The translations under genes and the position numbers were made by a program. A DNA stretch of 64,000 nt from a virus: positions 1 to 64,000 of IMG/VR virus record IMGVR_UViG_3300037483_000076. One strand, written 5' to 3'. Numbering within the stretch: position 1 is the first letter of the stretch; each line of letters begins with the position of its first letter. The notes beneath the pieces were generated by a model. The model was not told where the DNA came from. It saw only the letters and a list, made by a program, of their open reading frames with translations, and searched no databases. This document shows positions 1-8,891 of the stretch, piece by piece.

Positions 1-5
1 TAGAA

Positions 6-383
6 ATGGCTTATAATGAATTTGATATTAAAAGAACAGCATATGCTTCTATAGCTATTCCAAATGTAGCTACAACTGTATCCACTGGTAAATTTATTCC
101 AGCAGGTGCAATTGTAACTGGAATTAGAATGGTTGCTCCTTCTGCCGTAACTTTAACTGCTGCTTCGGCAACTGTACAGTTAATGGTTGGTGCAATTAGT
201 ATATTGGCTACATCTAATGTTTCTGCATTAGGTGCACAGACTGTTCCTTCAGTTAAAGCTCTGGCAACAACTGCTGGTAATTATTTAACTGTAGATAGTG
301 AAATTACACTTATAGCACAAGCTAGTAGTAACTCTTCTGCAAGTGCTTCGTATGATGTATATGTAGACTATATTATAGTTTAA
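6..383 (+). CDS. Putative virion structural protein (auxiliary capsid/decoration-like)
   Basis: 125 aa, Ala/Thr/Ser-rich, beta-strand-like (IPAGAIVTGI...YDVYVDY); first gene of the structural block and followed by a terminator. Confidence 0.45.
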   Translation: MAYNEFDIKRTAYASIAIPNVATTVSTGKFIPAGAIVTGIRMVAPSAVTLTAASATVQLMVGAISILATSNVSALGAQTVPSVKALATTAGNYLTVDSEITLIAQASSNSSASASYDVYVDYIIV

Positions 384-399
384 ATATAATTAACTTAAT

Positions 400-430
400 G
401 AGGAGGGATTAAATGTCTCTCCTCTATTTT
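400..430 (+). terminator. Intrinsic terminator
   Basis: GAGGAGGGA-TTAAATG-TCTCTCCTC stem followed by TATTTT. Confidence 0.65.
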
Positions 431-440
431 ATAATAGAAT

Positions 441-1145
441 ATGGAACCAAGAATTTTAGGAGAAAGTTACACAGGCTTACACAACTTAAATCTAGAGGAA
501 TCTATTGAGAAAGTTGAAAAATCTAAAATGTACAGAGATTTATCTACAATTATTATTTGTCCAACTAGAGGATTGTTTCCAACAAGGGTTGTGCAATCAT
601 GGATGAAATTAATTAGACCGATGAATCAAGTAGTAGCAGGTCCAATATTTGCAGAAAGTATGCAAGTGGATGAAGCTTATAATGCATTAATTACCTATAT
701 ATTGGGTAATAATTACTTAAAGAATTTTAAATATATACTTACTATTGAAGAAGACAATTTACCTCCATCTGATGGATTAATTAAACTATATGAAAATATA
801 GATAAATATGATGTAGTTGGTGGATTATATTGGAGTAAATCAGATAATGCTTTTCCTATGATGTTTGGAGATCCTAATTTAGGTCCTAATCATAGTGCCC
901 CACAAGTACCTAAAGTAGATGAGGTGATTAATGTAAACGCATTAGGTATGGGATTTAATTTATTTAAACTAGATATGTTTAAAAATATAGAAGGTCCTTG
1001 GTTTAAAACAGTAGAGCAAGAAGATAATATGATGACTCAAGATTTCTATTTTTATAGAAAAGCAGCAGAATCAGGTTATAAGTTTGCTTGTGATTGTAGA
1101 GTATTAGTTGGACACTTAGATAGTAAAAATGATAAAGTTTATTAA
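441..1145 (+). CDS. GT-A fold (GT2-like) glycosyltransferase
   Basis: YILTIEEDN (DxD-like), YDVVGGLY, GMGFNLFK, QDFYF..KA...GYK...DCRVLVGH. Confidence 0.8.
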   Translation: MEPRILGESYTGLHNLNLEESIEKVEKSKMYRDLSTIIICPTRGLFPTRVVQSWMKLIRPMNQVVAGPIFAESMQVDEAYNALITYILGNNYLKNFKYILTIEEDNLPPSDGLIKLYENIDKYDVVGGLYWSKSDNAFPMMFGDPNLGPNHSAPQVPKVDEVINVNALGMGFNLFKLDMFKNIEGPWFKTVEQEDNMMTQDFYFYRKAAESGYKFACDCRVLVGHLDSKNDKVY

Positions 1146-1148
1146 GTA

Positions 1149-1694
1149 ATGATAAATGAATTAAAAATTGACCTCGCATGTGGGGATAGAAAACAAGAGG
1201 GATTTAAAGGAGTCGATATAATCAAGACAGACTCTGTAGATTATGTAGTTGATTTAACAACATACCCCTGGCCAATAGAATCAGAAAGTGTGGAAGAAAT
1301 ATATTGTTCACATTATATAGAACATATACCTCATGATATTAATAACCTTAATGATAGGAGAGACGGATTTATCCAATTTATGGACGAAATCTATAGGATT
1401 ATGAAACCTGGAGCTAAGGCTACATTAGTTGCTCCATATTATACATCAGAAAGAGCATTTCAAGATCCTACACATCACCGTTATATAACAAAAGGATCCT
1501 TTCATTACTTTAACAAAGAGTGGAGAGATATGAATAAATTGAGTCATTATGGGATAAACTCTAATTTTGATATTAGTTATTCATATTATATAACAAATGA
1601 ATTAACCTTAAAATCTAAAGAAATAAGAGAACAAGCATTTGAACATGATTGGAATGCTATAGATGATCTTATTACAGAATTAATAAAAATCTAA
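1149..1694 (+). CDS. Class I SAM-dependent methyltransferase (Methyltransf_11-like)
   Basis: IDLACG motif I, GVDI, SHYIEHI, EIYRIMKPG, DPTH. Confidence 0.85.
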   Translation: MINELKIDLACGDRKQEGFKGVDIIKTDSVDYVVDLTTYPWPIESESVEEIYCSHYIEHIPHDINNLNDRRDGFIQFMDEIYRIMKPGAKATLVAPYYTSERAFQDPTHHRYITKGSFHYFNKEWRDMNKLSHYGINSNFDISYSYYITNELTLKSKEIREQAFEHDWNAIDDLITELIKI

Positions 1695-1697
1695 TAA

Positions 1698-2321
1698 ATG
1701 GCACTAGCTCTAAACTTATCAGTTGTTGAACGTAATGATTCTCAATTAGTCACTTTCACAGATACATCTACTGGATGGGGTACAGAAGGAGATCCGAATG
1801 TAACAAATTTAGATCCACGTACAGAACTTACATATTCATTAATAATGGATATTACTATTAATACATCAACTGAAGTAATAGTGTGTGATCAGATTGATCT
1901 ACGTGATTTATTTGGTCCATTTACAACTACAGCAGATCTAGTATTTCCATTAGATTATACTACAGTATTATTAAATCAAGTTACTGTAGCTACCAACACT
2001 ATATTACCAGATGGTATATGGGATATTACTTATAAGGTACAGGAGTATGTTACAGGTAGTTGGGTAGATATTGATTCATATGCATTCTCGGTACTTATAT
2101 ATGGAGATGTTAAAACACAAGTTTATAATAGACTTAGACAAGTACCTAATCTATATAACAGTAAAATACTAATGGGTAGAGATATTCAAGAACCTCTCCT
2201 CTATTATACATTCTTACAATCAATTGAAAAAAGTGCTTTTGTAGCACGTAAAGAAGAATTATTATCAATGTTAGAAACTTTAGAAAGACTCCTATTGAAT
2301 GGAAGCAATTATCCTTGGTAA
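1698..2321 (+). CDS. Putative virion structural protein
   Basis: Position in structural block; TFTDTSTGWG and LPDGIWDITY resemble crAss-like neck/tail proteins. Confidence 0.45.
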   Translation: MALALNLSVVERNDSQLVTFTDTSTGWGTEGDPNVTNLDPRTELTYSLIMDITINTSTEVIVCDQIDLRDLFGPFTTTADLVFPLDYTTVLLNQVTVATNTILPDGIWDITYKVQEYVTGSWVDIDSYAFSVLIYGDVKTQVYNRLRQVPNLYNSKILMGRDIQEPLLYYTFLQSIEKSAFVARKEELLSMLETLERLLLNGSNYPW

Positions 2322-3132
2322 TTATACAGATATCCCTATTGGATCAGCAATACCAGTTAGTGTTCCTGCATATGAAGCAGAGCAAGCTGTTATAAAATTA
2401 TCTGATGGATATAACCCTTATATAATAGGATCTGGAAGTACTGGAACATCTATTACTATACAAAATAGTACTGTTAAAGTATTTTCTGTAAGTAATGCTA
2501 TAACTACTCAACTTACTGTAGACGGTACAATTAATAATATAGTTATACTAACAGTTAATGGGTTAGAATATTATATAAATTTAGATTTTACATTTTCTGG
2601 AGCAATTATAACATTTATAGATGTTCTCCCATATGATAGTACATTTGGAAATACTACAGTTAAAGTTATATATAATACATTATCTACATCTCAAAATTTA
2701 ACAGCTTTAGCATTACTAAGTCCAGCTACTTTAATATCATTAGATACAACTACATTTGATAATAACTTAGATAGTACAGTGGTTAATGTACAGTTATTAG
2801 CAGAGGCAGTAGATGAATTAGTTGGTGGAGGAGGAACAACAGATCACTCTCTTCTTACAAATTTAAGTTATGCTACATCTGGACACACAGGATTTGCTCC
2901 AGCATTGGGTGTAGATGATAACTATGTAACAGATGCTGAAAAAATAGTTATAGGAAATACTAGTAATGTGAATACTGGAGATCAAGATCTGTCAGGAAAA
3001 CAAAATGTATTAATATCTGGAACTAATATAAAAACAATAAATAGTACTTCATTGTTAGGTACTGGTGATATAGTAGTATCTTCAGATACTTCAAGCGATC
3101 AATCAATTTTAGCAATACAAATATTTTCATAA
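2299..3132 (+). CDS. Tail fibre-like protein
   Basis: DHSLLTNL, NTGDQDLSGKQ and LISGTNIKTINSTSLLGTGDI fibre-type motifs. Confidence 0.6.
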   Translation: MEAIILGNYTDIPIGSAIPVSVPAYEAEQAVIKLSDGYNPYIIGSGSTGTSITIQNSTVKVFSVSNAITTQLTVDGTINNIVILTVNGLEYYINLDFTFSGAIITFIDVLPYDSTFGNTTVKVIYNTLSTSQNLTALALLSPATLISLDTTTFDNNLDSTVVNVQLLAEAVDELVGGGGTTDHSLLTNLSYATSGHTGFAPALGVDDNYVTDAEKIVIGNTSNVNTGDQDLSGKQNVLISGTNIKTINSTSLLGTGDIVVSSDTSSDQSILAIQIFS

Positions 3133-3140
3133 AGTAATAT

Positions 3141-3500
3141 ATGGCAACATTTACTAAAAAGATTTTAAGTGGCTCTACAGATGGAATGCCTATAAAAGTA
3201 GTAGCTACAGCAACCGCAGGAACTTTAATTCATACAGGATCTTCTACAGCAGCCAATCTACAAGAAATTTGGATATGGGCACAAAATAATCATACTGCTG
3301 ATGTAGTATTAACAATTGAATATGGAGATGCAACTGCTCCAGATCATAATATTATTAGTACAATTAAAACAAAAGCTGGACTATCATTAATTCTTCCGGG
3401 CATATTATTAAAAGGTAATACTACTCCAATAACTGTAAAAGCCTTTGCAGGAACAGCAAATGTAATAGTTTTAACAGGATTTGTAAATGAGATAGCATAA
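3141..3500 (+). CDS. Small tail/fibre-associated protein
   Basis: 119 aa beta-rich; TAATG coupling to next gene. Confidence 0.45.
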   Translation: MATFTKKILSGSTDGMPIKVVATATAGTLIHTGSSTAANLQEIWIWAQNNHTADVVLTIEYGDATAPDHNIISTIKTKAGLSLILPGILLKGNTTPITVKAFAGTANVIVLTGFVNEIA

Positions 3501-4579
3501 TGGCACATAATGTTTTTAGGAATAGAAGAGATTTAGGATCACAGTTATACTGTAGTCAGGTAATTACACAAGACTATAGAAGAAATTATCCAAATACTGA
3601 AATTCCATTAATTACATTTAAAACATCTAAATCAACAGGATTTTTTGGAGAAATAGCAAGGTTAAGTGGAACAGGATTAGCTAAATGGGATATGGGAGAT
3701 GGAACTATTCAAAACTCTAACTCTTTTATTTACAATTATGCAGATACTACTACAAAAACAGTTAATATATATTTAGGTACATTAATTGGAGAAACTGATA
3801 TAACATCTTTAAGAGTTTATTCTGATTTAATTTCAGGTACTTTGAACTTATCTAGGTTTAATGGATTAGTTGATTTACAGGCTTACTCTAACGCATCATT
3901 AAGTAGTGTTATATATCCGACTAATTCCACAAGTTTATGGACTAATATTTCTCTATATTCTACCGGATTAAGTGGGATACAAGATTTATCTAATATTGAT
4001 ATTGCCGGTACATTTCAAATATATTCAATTGCTGGAGTTACAGGGATTTTACATAAAGTAACATCAAGAACATTCTCAACATATTATGTTTCAAATAATA
4101 ATATGACAGGTACACATGATGTATCTATGTTAACTGGGTGGGGAGGAGATATAAGAGGAAATGGAAATGTAAATTTAACTACTTTAGTTTGTCCTACTTC
4201 TAGTACAATAATTTCAATTTTTTGGTGGAATGGCTGTAATCTGGGTTATTTAGATATATCAGGTTTATTAAATATAGGAGGTAACTTTCAAGTTCAGACT
4301 AATCCAAATTGTCAATATTTAACATTACCTACAACAATTAATAGACAATTTACTACATTCAATGCATCAGGATGTTCTTTGGATGTAACTTCAGTAGATG
4401 CTGTATTTAGTAAATTAAATACATGGTATACTGCTAACCCACCAACAGCAAATTTAACAATAAATCTTAGTGGAGGAACTAATGCCGCTTTAACAGGGGG
4501 ATTAGCTAATCCAGATTTAGTATCTTTAAATAATATATTTACAACAGCAGGAAGAATACTTTTTGCAACTTTTAATTAA
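3500..4579 (+). CDS. Leucine-rich-repeat-like protein with N-terminal PKD-like motif (candidate receptor-binding protein)
   Basis: WDMGDG motif then ~22-25 aa LxxLxxxxN-type repeats. Confidence 0.55.
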   Translation: MAHNVFRNRRDLGSQLYCSQVITQDYRRNYPNTEIPLITFKTSKSTGFFGEIARLSGTGLAKWDMGDGTIQNSNSFIYNYADTTTKTVNIYLGTLIGETDITSLRVYSDLISGTLNLSRFNGLVDLQAYSNASLSSVIYPTNSTSLWTNISLYSTGLSGIQDLSNIDIAGTFQIYSIAGVTGILHKVTSRTFSTYYVSNNNMTGTHDVSMLTGWGGDIRGNGNVNLTTLVCPTSSTIISIFWWNGCNLGYLDISGLLNIGGNFQVQTNPNCQYLTLPTTINRQFTTFNASGCSLDVTSVDAVFSKLNTWYTANPPTANLTINLSGGTNAALTGGLANPDLVSLNNIFTTAGRILFATFN

Positions 4580-4611
4580 TTTTTATTTACAAACAATTTA
4601 ATTTTTTTATT

Positions 4612-4851
4612 ATGCCAGGAATTGATATGAAGGGGGATGGCGTTAAATTATTCATCGCCATAATTAAAGAAGATCAAACACCACAATTAGTTGAAGTGTT
4701 TTCATCTGTTGAAGGATCTAGTGCTATATCTTCAAATAGTACATCGTTACCTAATCGTAAAACAATGATTAGAAGTGTTAAACAAGAAATTCTTGATTAT
4801 ATTACTTCAATTGGAGCAGTATATGATGAATCAGTTGTAATTCCTGACTAA
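4612..4851 (+). CDS. Hypothetical protein
   Basis: 79-aa ORF abutting next gene. Confidence 0.5.
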   Translation: MPGIDMKGDGVKLFIAIIKEDQTPQLVEVFSSVEGSSAISSNSTSLPNRKTMIRSVKQEILDYITSIGAVYDESVVIPD

Positions 4852-5145
4852 ATGTTAAATTTAGGAATTATAAAGCAGCAATTTCAAACTGTCGAGGACA
4901 ATTTAGGAATTGCAATTGATAATTTAAATGATTATCAATCTTATATGAATAAACAATTAGCTGAAAATTTATTAAGTTCGTTAGCAACATGGTATGAAAA
5001 TAGTACACCTACTGAAAACGTTATTTATAAATTAGATATTGCTATTGAAACTATTCAAACTAGTTTAAGTTTATTAAGAATTCAACTTGCTTTTATTAGT
5101 GCAGGAAAAACTTTTACATTATATTGTATAGGTGGAAATATTTAA
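4852..5145 (+). CDS. Hypothetical protein (helical)
   Basis: 97-aa ORF followed by a hairpin. Confidence 0.5.
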   Translation: MLNLGIIKQQFQTVEDNLGIAIDNLNDYQSYMNKQLAENLLSSLATWYENSTPTENVIYKLDIAIETIQTSLSLLRIQLAFISAGKTFTLYCIGGNI

Positions 5146-5148
5146 ATA

Positions 5149-5180
5149 GTTGGGAGCCAAATCTCCCAATTATTCTATTT
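5149..5180 (+). terminator. Probable intrinsic terminator
   Basis: TTGGGAG-CCAAAT-CTCCCAA hairpin with T-rich tail. Confidence 0.55.
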
Positions 5181-5198
5181 AAAATAATTTAATTTAGT

Positions 5199-7823
5199 AT
5201 GACATTAATAGAACAAATATTTGGATTAAGTGATAAGTTAATACCCTCTGGTGGAACTACTGGACAAGTATTATCTAAAGTTGATAGTAGTGATTATAAT
5301 ACACAATGGACTACTATATCTGGAGGAGGTACTGGTATTGAATTAGATCCAGTATTCCAAGCATCTGTAGCTTCAGCAATTAGTTTACAAGACTACACAG
5401 ATTGGACTATTGCATATAGTTGGGGTGATCATGCTACTATAGGATATCTAACTACTGAAACTGATCCAGTATTTTTAACCTCAGTAGCTTATACTATAAG
5501 CTCCACTAATGTTACTAATTGGAATACTGCTTATTTTGATAGTCATGTACACTCCAACTTTGATATAATAGAAGGAATTATAGACTCTGGTTTTGGAGAT
5601 CAATTCTTATCAGATGACGGTACATATAAGTCATTAACTGTATTACCTACTGGAACAGATGGATACGTTCTATTTAATGATCTAGGTACTATGGGTACAG
5701 ATAGTACCTTTTACTTTGATAAAGTAACCAGTACTCTGACTTATGAAGATGGTGATGTACAAGGATATTTATACTTTAATTCAACTGATGTATATATAAG
5801 AAATAATGGAAGTGGTGATTTAACATTCTTTGATGGGAATGCTGGGCTAATTACACTTTCAGATTTAATAACAGGATCGACTAATTACTGGACTCAAATA
5901 GGTTCAGATATACATTATAGTTCTGGTAATGTAGGAATCAATACAACTACATTTACTGAATCACTTAATGTTAGTGGTAATATATTAGCAGATGATTTTA
6001 ACAGTAAATATTATAGGTTTAACGCCTATGATAATATATGTATAGGAGATACTGCTGGAGACGGGATTACAACCACAAACTTATTATTTATAGATAATAA
6101 TGCGCTTGGTACAGCATCTACATTTCCACTTATCAAAGGGGACTTTTTAAGTAGGTACGTTGAGATTAATGGAGAATTAACTCTTAACTATGGGATACTT
6201 AATTTCGAAGATGCTAATCAGAAGATATACTCAGATTTAGGATATTTGTATGTGCAAGATCAGTATATCAACAGTGGTAGTCCAATAACATTCGTATCAT
6301 TTATAGATGGTACATATAACTCATTAAAGACAGATTTTGCATCTTACTTAAATGTAGCTGCTATAACTGCTGCTAATATATCAAATTGGAATAGTGCTTA
6401 TGGAGGAATACATAATCCTGTAACTATAGGAACAGCTAATGGACTATCACTAGCTACTCAGGCTTTATCCCTAGCACTAGCAAGTACATCTACCACTGGG
6501 GCATTATCTAGCACTGACTGGAATACATTTAATAACAAACAAGCTACTATAACAGCAGATGTAGATTATTTAACTCCGGGAACTGCTGCAACTACCTATG
6601 AACCTGCTCTAGGTAATCCAGGGACTACAGGATATGTATTAAGTTCTACAGATGCTGGAGTAAGAAGTTGGATAGCAGTATCTAGTGGAGTAACTCCTAT
6701 AGATGGAATACTTGATTGGTCTACTGATGTATATCAACCATATGCTGCACATCCAGGTTCTACTGTCTTGCAATTTTATTCAGGCACTACTACTCCTACT
6801 GGAACTACTCGATTAAATTTAAATGGAAATCTATATACTAATAATTTAAATTCTGGAGTATTAACTGCAACTGAAGCAAATATTTCAAAAGCAGATAGAG
6901 CATTATCAATATATGGAGGTAATGGGGCTGCTACATACCCATTAGTTAGGATATTAAATAATGCAACTTTAACAGCAAATGAATCTAATAATTCAATATT
7001 AAATTTAAGTAGAACATGTGATGGTCAAAGTTTATATACTGCTAATGGAAGTATGCTTCTTATAGAAGATAGTCCCGTTAATCAAGCATCTACTGTAATT
7101 GGTTCATCTATATCTATAGTTATTGATGGAAATGAAAAAGTAAGACTATATCCTCGTATAGTTAATTCTGGAACTAATAAGGCCTATGTATTTGATACAC
7201 GTAATACATTAAGTGGAACCACTAGATTATTATCAATACAAAATAACACAGTAGAAAGATTTAGAGTTACTCCAACAACTACAGATATGGGGGATATTAT
7301 TGGGGGTAATATAGTCACTGTAACAAATGGAGATTTAACGTCTACTGGAACAATTACTCCAGGAGGTAGATTAATGATACCAATGGGAGAAATTAGTTAT
7401 TTTAACACTACAGGAACAACAATAACTATAACTGGGGTGTCAGATGGATCAACTAATATGGTACTTGTTAATCCAACTACTACACTTAATAATGATATGG
7501 AATTTGATAATGGTGGTGGAAATACAGGTAGATTAAGGTATATAGGAACTGCAACTAGAACCTTTCATGTAGCGTGTAGTATATCATTTAGTGGAGCAAC
7601 TACAAATCAAGATGGAGTATTTGGTATAGCTAAAAATGGTACAATAGTTGCTGCAAGTAAAGTTATATCTTTTTTAGGATTAACTTCAGATACTAGATCC
7701 ACAGCATTACATCTCATGGTCTCTCTTACAACAAATGATTATGTCGAATTATACGTTGGAAATATGACAGCTACTAATAATGTAGTAGTTAAGACTCTTA
7801 ATATATTTGCAATGGGGATGTAA
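5199..7823 (+). CDS. Tail fibre protein
   Basis: GGTTGQVLSK, repeated E(L/T)DPVF..SVA..I...W..AY units, GALSSTDWNTFNNKQ, C-terminal C1q/BclA-like head (VSLTTNDYVELYV). Confidence 0.75.
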   Translation: MTLIEQIFGLSDKLIPSGGTTGQVLSKVDSSDYNTQWTTISGGGTGIELDPVFQASVASAISLQDYTDWTIAYSWGDHATIGYLTTETDPVFLTSVAYTISSTNVTNWNTAYFDSHVHSNFDIIEGIIDSGFGDQFLSDDGTYKSLTVLPTGTDGYVLFNDLGTMGTDSTFYFDKVTSTLTYEDGDVQGYLYFNSTDVYIRNNGSGDLTFFDGNAGLITLSDLITGSTNYWTQIGSDIHYSSGNVGINTTTFTESLNVSGNILADDFNSKYYRFNAYDNICIGDTAGDGITTTNLLFIDNNALGTASTFPLIKGDFLSRYVEINGELTLNYGILNFEDANQKIYSDLGYLYVQDQYINSGSPITFVSFIDGTYNSLKTDFASYLNVAAITAANISNWNSAYGGIHNPVTIGTANGLSLATQALSLALASTSTTGALSSTDWNTFNNKQATITADVDYLTPGTAATTYEPALGNPGTTGYVLSSTDAGVRSWIAVSSGVTPIDGILDWSTDVYQPYAAHPGSTVLQFYSGTTTPTGTTRLNLNGNLYTNNLNSGVLTATEANISKADRALSIYGGNGAATYPLVRILNNATLTANESNNSILNLSRTCDGQSLYTANGSMLLIEDSPVNQASTVIGSSISIVIDGNEKVRLYPRIVNSGTNKAYVFDTRNTLSGTTRLLSIQNNTVERFRVTPTTTDMGDIIGGNIVTVTNGDLTSTGTITPGGRLMIPMGEISYFNTTGTTITITGVSDGSTNMVLVNPTTTLNNDMEFDNGGGNTGRLRYIGTATRTFHVACSISFSGATTNQDGVFGIAKNGTIVAASKVISFLGLTSDTRSTALHLMVSLTTNDYVELYVGNMTATNNVVVKTLNIFAMGM

Positions 7824-7847
7824 TATTATAATTAATTAAACTAACAT

Positions 7848-8132
7848 ATGGCAGCAACACCTACTGAAATTAACAATTTTAAGGCCACTATTCAATCGAA
7901 ACAGTCTGAGATAGGAAATACTATCACTAATATATTATCTATCAATGGTAGGGCTGAAAATGAGGAAATATTAACTAAATTTAAACTCATTAATATATAT
8001 GGAAATATACTAATAGACTACTTTAGTCAAGATCCATATAACACATATAACTTTTTTACAACTGATGAGATATGGGATATAGTTCAACATTTCAATGAGT
8101 TGTCTAATACTGACTATAGCATAAATTTATAA
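7848..8132 (+). CDS. Hypothetical protein, probably tail collar/structural
   Basis: 94 aa between fibre and lysis genes. Confidence 0.4.
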   Translation: MAATPTEINNFKATIQSKQSEIGNTITNILSINGRAENEEILTKFKLINIYGNILIDYFSQDPYNTYNFFTTDEIWDIVQHFNELSNTDYSINL

Positions 8133-8167
8133 ACAAATAATAACTAATTCGCAATTCTCATATAGTT

Positions 8168-8476
8168 ATGATAAATACCGATTTGACAATAATGGACTAC
8201 ATGATAACCATATCAGGGTCATTAATATTAATACTACTAGCAGGAATAGGTTATTTCTTAAGGCAGTTTGCAATAAGTGTTAAAGACCTGAAATTTACAG
8301 TAGATCAATTAAGGATTGTTCTTTCTGTTGAACAAGAAAAGATACATAATATAAAAGAGACAGTATCCGCATCATTAGTTAATATAGATACAAAACTTAC
8401 AGGAATGTCTATTAAGATTGATCAACACGATAGAGATATCACAATACTTAAAACTATACATAGTGATAAAATTTAA
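8168..8476 (+). CDS. Putative holin/membrane protein
   Basis: One N-terminal TM helix (ITISGSLILILLAGIGYFL) plus coiled coil, directly before DUF5675 gene. Confidence 0.55.
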   Translation: MINTDLTIMDYMITISGSLILILLAGIGYFLRQFAISVKDLKFTVDQLRIVLSVEQEKIHNIKETVSASLVNIDTKLTGMSIKIDQHDRDITILKTIHSDKI

Positions 8477-8891
8477 AGTTGAGAGATCTCATCTCAAAGA
8501 TACTTATACAATAGGAGATTTCTATATAGATTATGGAAATGGTTGGGAATATTTCTGTAATACACTGGAAGATACTGTTCGTGATTTAAATCATGACGGT
8601 ATTAATGAAGTTAGGATATGGGGTAAGACAGCAATACCATATGGTACATACAAGATAACTTGGGCAATGTCCCCAACTTATAAAAAACTAATGCCTCTAT
8701 TGTGGGGGATTAATGGTTTTACTGGAGTACTCATCCATGTTGGGAATTTCCCAGAAGATACCTTAGGTTGTTTACTTGTAGGTGAAAACAAAGTAAAGGG
8801 TCAACTTATCAATTCCATTATAACTTTTAATAAGTTATATAAGATAATGCAAGATAGTAAACAAGAAGAATTCATAATAGAAATTGTATGA
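8463..8891 (+). CDS. DUF5675 family protein (candidate endolysin)
   Basis: YTIG, CNTLED, TAIPYGTY, GVLIHVGN..EDTLGCLLVG; in-frame GTG at 8463 is a more likely start than 8418. Confidence 0.75.
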   Translation: MIKFKVERSHLKDTYTIGDFYIDYGNGWEYFCNTLEDTVRDLNHDGINEVRIWGKTAIPYGTYKITWAMSPTYKKLMPLLWGINGFTGVLIHVGNFPEDTLGCLLVGENKVKGQLINSIITFNKLYKIMQDSKQEEFIIEIV

